A stretch of DNA of 64,000 bases, taken from contig CM120641.1 in the NCBI GenBank assembly GCA_051362555.1, positions 48,614,401 to 48,678,400 of the forward strand. Reading direction: 5' to 3'. Both the position numbers and the translations under genes were made by a program. The stretch comes from Lingula anatina (taxonomy: Eukaryota > Animalia > Brachiopoda). Positions 49,525-61,200 of the stretch are shown here, piece by piece. Every line of letters begins with the position of its first letter. Positions within the stretch are counted from its first letter, which is position 1. The notes under the pieces are model-generated. The model was given only the letters and a program-made list of their open reading frames with translations. It searched no databases and was not told where the DNA came from.

Positions 49525-49978
49525 TGTAACAGACCGATAGCTCGGGTTGATGTTTCTTTATTGTTATTGTACAAATATCTGCAAATATCTCCAAATATCT
49601 CCAAATATCTGCAAGAGCAATATAAACAAATTAATTTTAAACAATTACATATACAAAATTTACACTGACGAAAGACAAAACAAAGAAATAAAAATATAAC
49701 AATGCCAAAAACACCATAAAAAATAAATATATCAATTTAGAAATGTATGAATTTAAACTATGGATTGGTCCTTTATTAAATATAGTTAAACTTACCTGCA
49801 AGCTCACTGGAATACCTATTTCAGTTATTCAACCTGCATCTCCGTCCGACTCTCAGGTGGAAATCAAATTTTATGGGGCGCGGTCTTTCAACCCTTGACC
49901 TCCACGTACACATACGAACATACACGATACACACCGAACACAATCATAGCTAACACAACAAACACAGCAAACCTTACA
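49525..49978 (-). repeat. 3' LTR (454 bp)
   Basis: Direct repeat of 51910-52363; preceded by polypurine tract. Confidence 0.95.
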
Positions 49979-49993
49979 TTCTCCCCTCCCCCC
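49979..49993 (-). promoter_or_regulatory. Polypurine tract
   Basis: Minus strand GGGGGGAGGGGAGAA directly before 3' LTR. Confidence 0.9.
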
Positions 49994-50072
49994 GAAATGG
50001 GTTCCACACCATTAAAAACAACAACAACAACATCAATCTTTGATTTATATTTATTATGCCATATATTTTTAT

Positions 50073-50594
50073 TTACAATATCCAATCTTTGTTAGTCGTC
50101 CATTCCGGCCTGTTCCTACTTCTTGTGGGTCGTACTTCTGAAAGTTCTTCATTCTGTTTTTCTTCATATTCCTGTTTCATTTCATAGATAGGAAGTAACA
50201 TGTTTCGATGTAGTGTCTTTGATTTTCCTGCACCATCTTCTCTTTTCACTACTTACACTGGAATACCATCATTCGGCTGATCTACCATCACAAACACTTC
50301 ACTCTGCCATCTATCAGCAATCTTGTGTTTAGCATCGAATGCGACATTCCGAACCAAACCAAGGTGATATAAAACATCAGACGCAGGACCTTTGAGTGAC
50401 CTTCTGATCGCATGTAATAAAACGGCATCGGAATAAATACCGCCACATCGAAGAGCTTTGACTTCAAACAACCACTGCTTAAATGGAATACCAGATGGAA
50501 TTTTAAAGTCTTTCAATTCAGAGTCTGTAATTTGTTCAGGCAGTCCAGTAATGACAATGCTTCTTGACCTTAATAAAGACGATGGGTAGGCCAT
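50073..50594 (-). pseudogene. Fused gag (PNMA-like capsid) and integrase C-terminal remnant of the LTR element
   Basis: ORF 50253..50600: FKQWLFEV...AIRRSLKGPASDVLYHLG (gag) joined in frame to LVRNVAFDAKHKIADRW...GIPV* then VVKREDGAGKSKTLHRNMLLP (integrase C-terminal GPY/F-type region); one internal TAA. Confidence 0.82.
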
Positions 50595-50731
50595 TCTCAA
50601 AAACGTTTATGCCTGATGCTAGCTAATATATATACATCACATTCATTCATGAATAATAACAACACAATAGTAAAAAATGTTTATTTATTCATTGTCAAGT
50701 ACATATCAATAACATCAATTCACAGTCATGA

Positions 50732-50849
50732 TTTCACACCATCATATCAATATCAACACAACATATTCATAATCAGTTGAAAACACATTCTTTCACACCA
50801 TCATATCAATATCAACACAACATATTCATAATCAGTTGAAAACACATTC
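50732..50849. repeat. 59-bp perfect tandem duplication inside LTR element
   Basis: tttcacaccatcatatcaatatcaacacaacatattcataatcagttgaaaacacattc x2. Confidence 0.85.
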
Positions 50850-51662
50850 AAAACTCACACATCGGGAGAAATGTAGGCCCCCTTTCCCCCAGGCAAGAAA
50901 AAAATCCCTAAATAAATATCACTTACCTGAGAGAAACTGCTGGATATATAGGACCATAAGACTCTGTGTTTTATATAGACCTAGTTCACTAATTAGGACC
51001 AATCCACTAGTCTGAGATATCGCCAACTATGATCTAAAATTGGTGTTTTTAGAACTGTCTGCAAAAAAAATAAGAAAATTAGTCGAACTACTGTAAAGAA
51101 TCAAATTGATAAGAAAAAATAAATAAATTATTTGGTATTCATTACTTTAAAGAACTCCTACTAAGCCTGGTAATCAACAAACCAACGTGTTAGATGAAAA
51201 TAAAAATTCTACCAACGTTCTGTTTGTATTATACCTAGCCTCAAATATACAAATTACTGATGAAAAAAATATGTACAGGTATTAAATTAGTTAATCAAAA
51301 GTCTTTATATGAACAAATCCAATAGTCAATGTGAATAGTAGTCCAATTTTATGCAACAGTGCAATCAGAAAAGTTCAATATCAATGTCTGAATATCGGCA
51401 AAAAAAAATATTAAAGTCCACAGTCAAATGAAATATATACAGCCTAGGCAAAATATGTACACTGCAGTCAATGTAAAGTTCGACAATTACGCCAAACCAA
51501 GCAACCAAATCCTCGACTGTCAACTCGTAGCTGTCCACGTAGACCTATGCAAATCGGGCACAGTCACAAACGCACAGCATTAGATCGACGACAACTCGTC
51601 CATGGCCATCACCACATCATCTGAATATACTGATCGGTGTTTTACCGGACAGCAAGAAAAAC

Positions 51663-51840
51663 AATCCCTCTTCACTGGACCGTGTTCTACGGGGCAGCGG
51701 GCATCCTTGGCGGAGAGAAAGAAAGTATCCCTCTTCTCTGGACCGTGTTATACGGGGCAGCGGGGATCCTTGGCGGAGATAAAGACAGTATCCCTCTTCT
51801 CTGGACCGTATTATACGGGGCAGTGGGGACCCTTGGAGGA
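51663..51840. repeat. ~63-bp tandem repeat x3 in LTR element leader
   Basis: atccctcttc(a/t)ctggaccgt..tacggggcag(c/t)ggg..ccttgg(c/a)gga repeated three times. Confidence 0.85.
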
Positions 51841-51885
51841 AATCTCTCTTAACAGGCCGTGACTCTTGCAGATATCGATTTGTAC

Positions 51886-51907
51886 TCAAGTCCCTGTTCG
51901 GGCGCCA
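51886..51907 (-). promoter_or_regulatory. Primer-binding site complementary to tRNA-Lys(UUU) 3' end
   Basis: Minus strand TGGCGCCCGAACAGGGACTTGA, 2 nt after the 5' LTR; plus strand reads TCAAGTCCCTGTTCGGGCGCCA = 3' end of tRNA-Lys3 including CCA. Confidence 0.92.
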
Positions 51908-51909
51908 AA

Positions 51910-52363
51910 TGTAACAGACCGATAGCTCGGGTTGATGTTTCTTTATTGTTATTGTACAAATATCTGCAAATATCTCCAAATATCTCCAAATATCTGCAAG
52001 AGCAATATAAACAAATTAATTTTAAACAATTACATATACAAAATTTACACTGACGAAAGACAAAACAAAGAAATAAAAATATAACAATGCCAAAAACACC
52101 ATAAAAAATAAATATATCAATTTAGAAATGTATGAATTTAAACTATGGATTGGTCCTTTATTAAATATAGTTAAACTTACCTGCAAGCTCACTGGAATAC
52201 CTATTTCAGTTATTCAACCTGCATCTCCGTCCGACTCTCAGGTGGAAATCAAATTTTATGGGGCGCGGTCTTTCAACCCTTGACCTCCACGTACACATAC
52301 GAACATACACGATACACACCGAACACAATCATAGCTAACACAACAAACACAGCAAACCTTACA
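51910..52363 (-). repeat. 5' LTR (454 bp)
   Basis: Direct repeat of 49525-49978; TGTAAG...GTTACA on minus strand; abuts PBS. Confidence 0.95.
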
Positions 52364-54266
52364 CAAAGATAAGGTTTCTGGCTTACATAAAATCTATTTT
52401 AATAATAATAGAGTTAAAAATGACATACTGGTAAATGGTTAATATAAGCAGAAATGACAACCAAGAGAGATGCCCACCCTTTCTTTTACCACAAAATGTA
52501 CATTTCCCACATCAGTGTGGTTTCCATACAGATCCATAGCATAAATTACCTAATATGTTATTCATTTTTATACATACTTTGTCTTCTTCAAATGCTTTAT
52601 TTGGTAAGGCACATGTAAAAGGTCAGTGAGAGGTTGGAATGTGATCTGTCCCCTAACCTAATACCCAGCCCCCCACACCCTAGGGCAACCACACGGATGA
52701 CCAAAAATCCTTGACAGAAGAGATAACACCTGGTACAGGCTATTTTTGGGTCCTTCCTTTTAAATTGTTTATATATATGTACAAGCTATAAGTTATAATA
52801 ACTGAATTGATCTGTCTTGTCACAGGTAGAGATCAGTAAAATGCTGTCATGTATTGTCATATAACAGTCTAGATCATGCTATCATGCTAATCTACATATG
52901 ATACACTCATGGATGTAACAGTGAATGCACAGCTGCCTGCTAGATGACTAAGATTTATATGCTTACCAGTAAATTAATATAAATATAGGTATATAGATGA
53001 ATGGTAAGGGGAGACTGTTATTTCCAAGTAAAACAGCTTATTTTAACAGTAAGCTATATTTCAATAACATAAAAAACAAATATAATATGACACCGTATGG
53101 ATCTCTAACCCTTATACATTTTTATTGTGTGAACTTTGAGAAGAGGTTCATATATATGTACATGTATTTGTATGTACTAGTATGTGGACTACCCAAGGCA
53201 AAACAGATACATTTTCTAACTGCAGTATCCTTAAACAATTTCTAAAACTTTGTGTCTTGTTCATTTATACCCCTGGGCTAGCAAAATTAAGCAAGTTAAG
53301 AAGATTAACTGCTCTCTATTCCCTAAACTCTTTTCTGCCACAACCCTCATAATTTCTTTTATGTAATCCCCCCACCCCAATACTGTCAATGGCATCAACA
53401 ACACCCTAGGGTTTCTACAGGTTGTTGACAGTGTCACCAACCCTCCAGTCGAAAAGAAAAAGAAAAAATAATTTTTATGCAGCACCTCAAAACTTTACAA
53501 TGAAAAATTTACATGTCCAACATTAAGACAGCTTTAATTTTGTTTTAACTACATCATGGTTTTTAATAAAACACAGAAAGCACTTGGTGAGCTATTTTCT
53601 GTTTCCTGGTTTAATATTAATGAAGAACTCAATCCTAAAATCAATAAATGAGATGGAAATAGAGGATCTAGCTATATGGATTATGTATAACTGACATCAG
53701 ATGCAGGTAGAGTATTGTCATATTAACCTGTCTCTTGTAGAAGCAGGTACTTTGATAAAACTACAATCTTTATGATCATGTTGACTGCCACTGAGTTTTT
53801 CGTGGAAGCGGGATCACTGATCACACCCATCTTGTTAATAAGTGACTACTATAGATGACAGATCAATATGTTATTGACTGGATATGGGCAGGTCACATTC
53901 CACCCTGGTTTTATCTCATGTCATGTGTCTCCAGCTACACGTTACCTTTGCCTTACATGAGCGCAGGCATCATGTCATATGCAGCCCAGCTTGACAAGTT
54001 CATAACCAAAGTCCTGTCGCGGCAGATGTAGCCAGACTTGACTATAAATGCATGTGCTCATGCAGCAACAATAGGACTGAGACACCTGCTTTGTCTTTCA
54101 AATCCCATCTGTCACATTAACTGGTTTACCTGAGTACGTAGCTGCCACTATACTGTTAGCAGGAACTTGATTTAACTAAGGTTTCTTCAGTCGTTAACCC
54201 TACGGATAAACTTGACTATTTAATTCACGTTTTAATTCAACGTAAACTTTACAGTGGGTATCTTAC

Positions 54267-54400
54267 CTGTTGATAATTCTAAGTATGTATCCAGCTACTG
54301 TATTTCACTGTTTTTGGTGGTGAAAACTGCGTGTGACATGAAGGCAATGACGAGCTCAGCTGCTGGCCGCCTTTCGTTTATCGATTATTGTTGACATATG
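54267..54400 (-). promoter_or_regulatory. Candidate promoter and non-coding first exon of gene 1
   Basis: Locally CpG-enriched stretch, DRE-like tatcgat at ~54379, followed on the minus strand by a strong donor CAG|gtaaga at 54266; gene 1 ATG exon has an acceptor so an upstream exon is required. TSS not determinable. Confidence 0.35.
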
Positions 54401-54843
54401 ATTCAACCGATACAGGTGCTCCAAGACAAGCCGATCGAGTTTTATGTAAATAATATAATTGCATTTATGAATTGATTTAGTTATTTATTTTATAATGAAA
54501 TGAATTGTACAAAATTTGATGTTTTTGTTTGGTGCTTTGGTCAAATCGTACAAGAGTAAAGCAGAATTTTCATTTTCTGGTGAAAAGAGTAAAAACTGGC
54601 ATCGGTATTTTGATCCAGCCGTCGCCTACGTGTGTGCGGTCAAGCTTTGCAAATCTCTGGCGCCCTTTTTTTCTAACAGGAGAAATTTAATATTAAAATA
54701 CAATTATATCCATTATATGAACAAAGCGTCTTTAGTAATATAGACAAATTGTCATTTATATTACAAGTAAATGAGATATTTTATCATAAATGTACAATAA
54801 ACTGACATCACGCCTTCTTTAAATAATCCTGGATCCGTCCCTG

Positions 54844-54888
<45 letters not shown>
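54844..54888. repeat. (ATT)n microsatellite
   Basis: Trinucleotide run. Confidence 0.9.
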
Positions 54889-55403
54889 GTAGTTGTTGTA
54901 ATATGCTGGGCCTATTCTGTTAAACAAATGCATAGGCCCTATATTTCGCATTTTGACTGATAAAAATCAAAATTAAGTCAGCTTTTCAGGAAAATTTCCT
55001 GACACCAGGTTAGGGCCTACAGAAATAATTATGATAAAAAAATAGGCCTACTATGAAACGGCATTGAAAGATCTCCAGGTGAGGGAGCTCTGATCTGTTG
55101 AAATGTATAACCTAAAGAGAGTTTTCACCCCAAAATTGCTGCTGTAACGCCATCAGCTCGAGTAAATGTGTTCCCCTGATCAAGGAGTATAACAGTCTGT
55201 TATAACTCCTTGCCCTGATGTACTTTTGATGTGAGAGCATTACCTCATAACATGATGTGTTAATTCCGCAATTATCTAAGCAGATAAGGGAAAATCTTAA
55301 TGATCCCCTTTTATAGCAGCCTAAGAAATGAGTGGTTATTACCATGTGTAAAATTCTGACAACTGGATATTATAACCCCGAATATAAGATTGGGTTATTA
55401 AAA

Positions 55404-55657
55404 TAGGGGCGAATCCAGGATGATGTGATGGGGGGAAGGGGGGTCCGCGGATGCGAAGCCGACCCCCCCCCCCCCCTCTCCGCTGCCCCCGCTGAAAGGC
55501 CCCAAAAATTGGTATTTTAGAGGACAAACGGTGCCATTTGGTAAGTTTTAAAACTATGATTCAGCTAGTCAAAATTTTAATTTCAAGAGGGGACCAGAAA
55601 TCGAAGGGGGGGGGGGGGCAGGACCCCCTGACCCCCTTCCCTCTAAATCCGCCTCTG
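55404..55657. mobile_element. hAT-like GC-rich MITE with 5-bp TSD
   Basis: TIR TAGGGGCGAATCCAG / CTAAATCCGCCTCTG; TAAAA on both sides; internal G and C runs. Confidence 0.68.
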
Positions 55658-56612
55658 TAAAACAACGGATTAGCATCCATAAATATCAGAATCAGAAGTT
55701 TATTGACAATCGCCCTACATCCGGGCATGATCAAATACAAATACAAGAAGTAATCCGCATAGTGATTACCATATACAGTTTGATATACATTATATAATGT
55801 CTAGACTAAAGCAGGGAAAGTACATGTACTACTCAATAAAGATCAATATAGGGATAATAAAGATCAATATAGGGATAATTAAAAAAAAAAAAAAAAAAAA
55901 AAAAAAGAAAAAAGAAACTGATTCAACTAGAATAGGCTACACTAAACCTTATATTAAACTAACTATTATTTAGGGGGATATGAAAACTGCATCGTCAGTT
56001 AATCTAGGTTTTATTCAGCATGGATGCAATTTTCATATCCCTAGCTTTAAAACAATCATAAAGAAAATTAGTTGTGCTAATAATAAATTAACACAACGGT
56101 AGAAACGAAGCGACTCCAAAGCCAAAAGAAAGTAACCTGTTATAAAACAGCAAAAATCCCAATGCATTTTTTAAATTAATTTTTTAATTAATTTCTTGAA
56201 AATCTGTGACCGATATAAACGCCCTTTGCCGTTTCGATGTCTTATCAACCGATCACAAAAATAACGTAAGAATACTTGGTTGGTTTTTGATATCTTCTCT
56301 ATCAAAAAAGTGTTGGAAGTTAAAATGCTTACACTTGATTTTTATGCTGCTCACTCACGAACATACTTGTGTCCTTATCAACAGGGTGGCATACTCTGAA
56401 CATCTGAAAGAGTGGTTTTGAGTGGTTTACAAATGTTTATCTGTTGATGATAACATGCTGATCAACTACTCTTTTTTCAAGCATTTTACTTCCTTTCTGT
56501 TGGTAACCTACTGCATGTGAAGAAATAAGTTTATAAAAATAAATTGCAAAAAGGCATCTATAAGGTTTTGAGAAAATATTGAAATATATTATAGCTTGTT
56601 TCCATTGAACAG

Positions 56613-56647
<35 letters not shown>

Positions 56648-58194
56648 AAAAAACAATTTTGCTTGTTTGCAACATGGTTTATTTTAAAGCTTTTACACAT
56701 TTTAAAGACATAAAATACAAAAGCATACAAAATGTTATAAATTATGCTAAGTAGCCTAAAATATTACATTAAGCACAATTATAAGTAATACTTGAAAAAA
56801 TTGTCTCTTTCCTCAATAATAAACAAAACAAAAAATTATGCCAAGATGTATATAAAAAGAAAGACATGTAAAGAAGTCCAGATCTTAAAAAATGGGGCTT
56901 ACCCTGGCATGGGCAGGGAGGGGCATGGACACAGGTTTTTTTACCCAGTGCAATAGGTACCACACCATAATCCTTAGGTCTCCATTTCTTTTGTTCCACT
57001 TTCATACATTTTTATAACTAATGCAATTCAAATACCTTAAGGACATTAAGTAACAGCAATGAATCATAAAACTGACTTAATTTTGATAAAAAACACAGAT
57101 ATCTACTATGAGTATGCAACACTGCAACACCAACTTTTGTATTAATATATATATAATAGAGTAAATTAAAAAACTTCACCTTTTTCATCACAAATTTTGG
57201 AATGGTTAAAATAAGAGATACTTTTAATTTCCTTCTTTAATTAGTACTACAAGTATATATACGTATTGTGCTCTGATTAAATATTAGATATGTTAATTCA
57301 AATGTGGATAATTGCAAAAGTTGTCAAAGTCTGTCCTCCCTCCAGTTTCATCATGATAAGTACACTAACGATCCGATTTCAAATGTAAATAAATACATGA
57401 ATATACAAATAAATAAATTACTGACAATCCAAACCATATTTATAACATGCAACATTCATGTGCTAGCATACTTGTCAGCACTTATACATCATATGATCTC
57501 TTGAGGTGTTATAAATGAGCAACGATTACACATTGTTTTAACAATAAATTATAATAAGTTTTACATTGTTCTATTGTCATTTTTTGCCTACAATTAAGGG
57601 ATATCTGAAAATTAAGAGTGTTTTTCAACACTTCAAAATTACAAAAACAATGGGAATTGTACTGTTGTCACATATCCAATAGAGATTAACAGACAACTGA
57701 TAAGATGACGAGGTACTAATATTATTATCAGTGATCACAAAGAAAGTGAGATATGAAAAATAATTAATAAGATAACATATGGCACATAATTGTTCTTTAA
57801 ATGACACTTCTGTCAAATAAATTCAGTTGTTTAACTAAGAGCAGCTTTTGATAAAGAATTTATACAGCATATGTAGGAGCTGAAAATTTATGAATAATCT
57901 AGAAGTTGAAAAATATATATTTGATTTCACTAGTGGTGGAAAAGTGCACTATCAACAAGTGTAATATATACAATTGCCTATTTTATCGTGAAATCTTTAT
58001 GTCAAAACCTGCAACAGTCATGAGTAAAACAAAAATAAATCTCATATGTGGTCTATCACTCCCAAAGTATTCACAACTCCACTGTACCTCATTCACTTGT
58101 CACATTGCACTGCAGGAAGACTGTGTCTCTTCTGTTCATAGCACCAATTAGTGAGTTTAAAGTTAAAGAAAGGTATTATGGAGATGTCCGTGTC

Positions 58195-58285
58195 CTAGAA
58201 CTGGACTTGGTAGGTGTAGTTGCCGTACCCCCCGGGGCCAGGGTCAGTATAGCTCATAGTACCTTCCTGCCATTCCATCTCTCGG
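58195..58285 (-). CDS. Gene 2 last exon (REMEWQEGTMSYTDPGPGGYGNYTYQVQF*)
   Basis: T-run acceptor tttttctag, phase 2, GC-rich 30 codons ending TAG. Confidence 0.72.
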
Positions 58286-61200
58286 CTAGAAAAAAAAAAA
58301 AAATTATTATTAATTACAAAAGTTGCACATCTTTTAAATTTATATTGACTTCATTTTTTGTGACTTCTAACATTCTTTCATCAATTTTTGGAATAAATGT
58401 TCCAATTTTCATGCCTGCATAATCCAACACAATATACCTTTCAAATCTAAAAAAATTACAAAGATATTAATTAATATGAAGGAATTAATATTAACTGATA
58501 TGTCAATGAATGCATCGATCAATATATCAGTTGAACATGTTATTCTAATTTAAGGGCAGTGATTTGCAAAGAGTTTCCTTCCAGTGTTACTACAGAGACT
58601 TAAGGGTATTTGGCTGTGGTTTAACAGCCTTGCTGCAGAGCTGTCATTTGGGTCTCTTTACAAGTGCTATATGATTCAGCACGGTGACAAATATTCTAAA
58701 TTAAACACTGTCATTTATCTTCATTACACATACATGATTTGCATATAAAAACAAGTCACTTTATGAAGCTTTGGCAAGGCTTAGGAATAACATAGCTCAG
58801 ATGGACTTATTGAACAAATAGGTAGAAGAACATCAAAAGCAATCAAAACTAAAATGTGCTCATGAAATATGTTAGTATCCATCAAACAGTGTCACAGTGC
58901 ATGTCTCTAAAGTATTCTACATATACATGCAAAGTAAACAAAATAACAGGACATAAATCTAAAGGTGTGCATCCATCTAGGTTATACTTGAATACACACA
59001 GTGGGTAGTGTGGGGACACAGGACCTGTTCACTATGAATTTATTAACCTAGCTACTCCGCACTAACTCCATGGGGACTCTTGCTGAATGCAATCAGATTA
59101 ACAGATTAAAACACCTCCTGACATTGGATAGAGTACAGAGAAAATTGGTCATTTTACTGGTACAAGTCACTGAAAACAGTAGGTGTGCCAGTCTGTTAAT
59201 CTGACTGCATTCAGCGAGAGTTCCCGTGGAGTAAGTGCACAGTACTGCTCAGTAGCTAGGTAAATAAATTTATTGTGAACAAACCTAAACACAACACAAT
59301 CAAAGCTGTGCTTGCAATCACTGATGCAATAAAAATAACAGATAAAACACAAAAGTGGCACACATATCACTAATGCAATAAAAAATAACAGATAAAACAC
59401 AAAAGTGGCACACATATCACTAATGCAATAAAAAATAACAGATAAAACACAAAAGTGGCACGCATATCACTAATGCAATAAAAAATAACAGATAAAACAC
59501 AAAAGTGGCACACATGGGATACTTGCCTGTAAAGAACAGGATTTCTGGAAAAGCATAGACAAGCATATGTTTAACTCTCAGGATAAGCAGGAAATTAAAT
59601 AAATAAATCTGAATATGTATTGTTGAGACAAGGTTGAGTAGTTTGAAGGGGAGTTTTGGGGCAAGGGGGGAGGAGGGTAGTGACAGGTATAGGGTGGTAC
59701 AGTTTGGGTTAACAAGGGGTGTAGAATGGCTGTGGGTGTAAGGTGGTAGGGGTCTGGGGGTGATGGGGGTGCAAGTTGTCAATGGGGGGGTTTAAGATAC
59801 AAGAAATAGTGCCAATTACAAATATCAATGAAAGTAAAAAGTAATGCACAGTAATTTGCCTGGGAAATGCCTCCATCTGAGCCTATATAACGAAGTGAGC
59901 TTATATAGCAGTAACATATGTCCCTTCTTCCACAGCTTTGTTTTATAACTATCTGTAATTTTCACTGGCAGTATAGACATCCGAGTCTGTGTATTGGTAG
60001 AGTACATTTTTAAGCTTCATGTTATATTTGGTTGTGGAATTCATTGCCATCAACAGATTAACCAAACACTGGATTATAATTTACCATGTGAACTTAATGA
60101 TGAAAAAAAAAATATGTACTACTTACGTGGCCTCTGGAATGTCTGAAATATGAGGAAAGGCAATTAAAATATTTGAAGCACAGCACAATATTTCATTTCA
60201 AACACAAAATAAAATTAGTTCTGCTACTTTCATTTAAATAAAAAGTTTTTAAAGCAACAATCACAACATTGTTTTATCTAAAAACTAATTATCTTTAGGT
60301 TACATCAACTGGTTTTATTACTTACATGGAGCACCTGCAGCTTTCTGATAGCTGAAAGAGGAAAGATTTGATGTTTAGTTTTATGACATTTTAGTGCTTA
60401 TATTAAAAAATATAACACCCTCTAGTCAAAGAAAAAAATGGCTACATTTAGGCATTAGTTCTGAAAGCACAGTTTAACATTACACTGTGCATGTAAAGAG
60501 GAGATGTCCTTTTAATTTTTATCACAGAAGACAGGGTACTTCCAATGCAGCTAATGATGACCAGGCATAATTCCAGTAAACAAAAACAATGCAGAATACA
60601 CACACTTTGACTGGAGATACCTTCACTAACTCTCAACACCTGTACCTTAGCTAGGAGCATACAGAATGAGTTATATCAACCTATGCTAATGTGCACTAAC
60701 TGCACTGGGACTCTTTCATGCAGAATATTGGGCTCAAATAGTGCATCAGGCTCAGTAAGTGAGGCCAATCACAACAAACGCAAAAGGTATACCACATTAG
60801 CTACATGTAGATGAACATGACTCATTCTGAATGTTCCCAGCTGACAATAAAGAAAACATCTCACCTGTTCCAACAGCAGCAGAGAAGGATGATACCTATG
60901 ATGGCCAGTAGTATTAGGAGGGCAGCCAGGGCCACTAGCAGCCACCAGAGCCAGCTGTAACCCCCAAAATTTGTGGTCTGGGCTAGGGCCGTGGGGTTGA
61001 CACAGTTCTGGAATTGAAAAACACAAAAGTGGCAATGAAATCTCTGTTCTGAAGAAATACATGGTCTCATATTTTTTGTAATCAGCTTGAAATTATAAGA
61101 ATCCATTAATACCTTTATAAAAATAGTCATTATGATATCTTGTGTTGTTTATTTTCCTCACTTACTGATGGAGCATCAAACTCCATGACTGAATAAATAA

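Larger units (their letters stand above)
49525..52363 (-). mobile_element. Non-autonomous, internally deleted Ty3/Gypsy LTR retrotransposon (2.84 kb)
   Basis: Two 454-bp TG...CA LTRs (49525-49978, 51910-52363) identical by eye; 4-bp TSD CAAA (49521-24, 52364-67); PBS and PPT in minus orientation; gag and integrase C-terminal remnants, no PR/RT/RH. Confidence 0.95.

Noticed and set aside
51886-51907. tRNA-Lys gene or lentiviral contamination
   Set aside because: Only the 3' 22 nt including CCA are present, directly beside an LTR; it is a PBS, and flanking sequence is Gypsy-like, not retroviral
51602-51979. Repetitive ORFs in LTR element leader
   Set aside because: Produced by the 63-bp tandem repeat; no recognisable domain
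60646-60650. 5-nt stop-introducing micro-exon (tag|CTAAG|gtacag) right after gene 2 TM exon
   Set aside because: Too short to distinguish from chance; donor is mediocre
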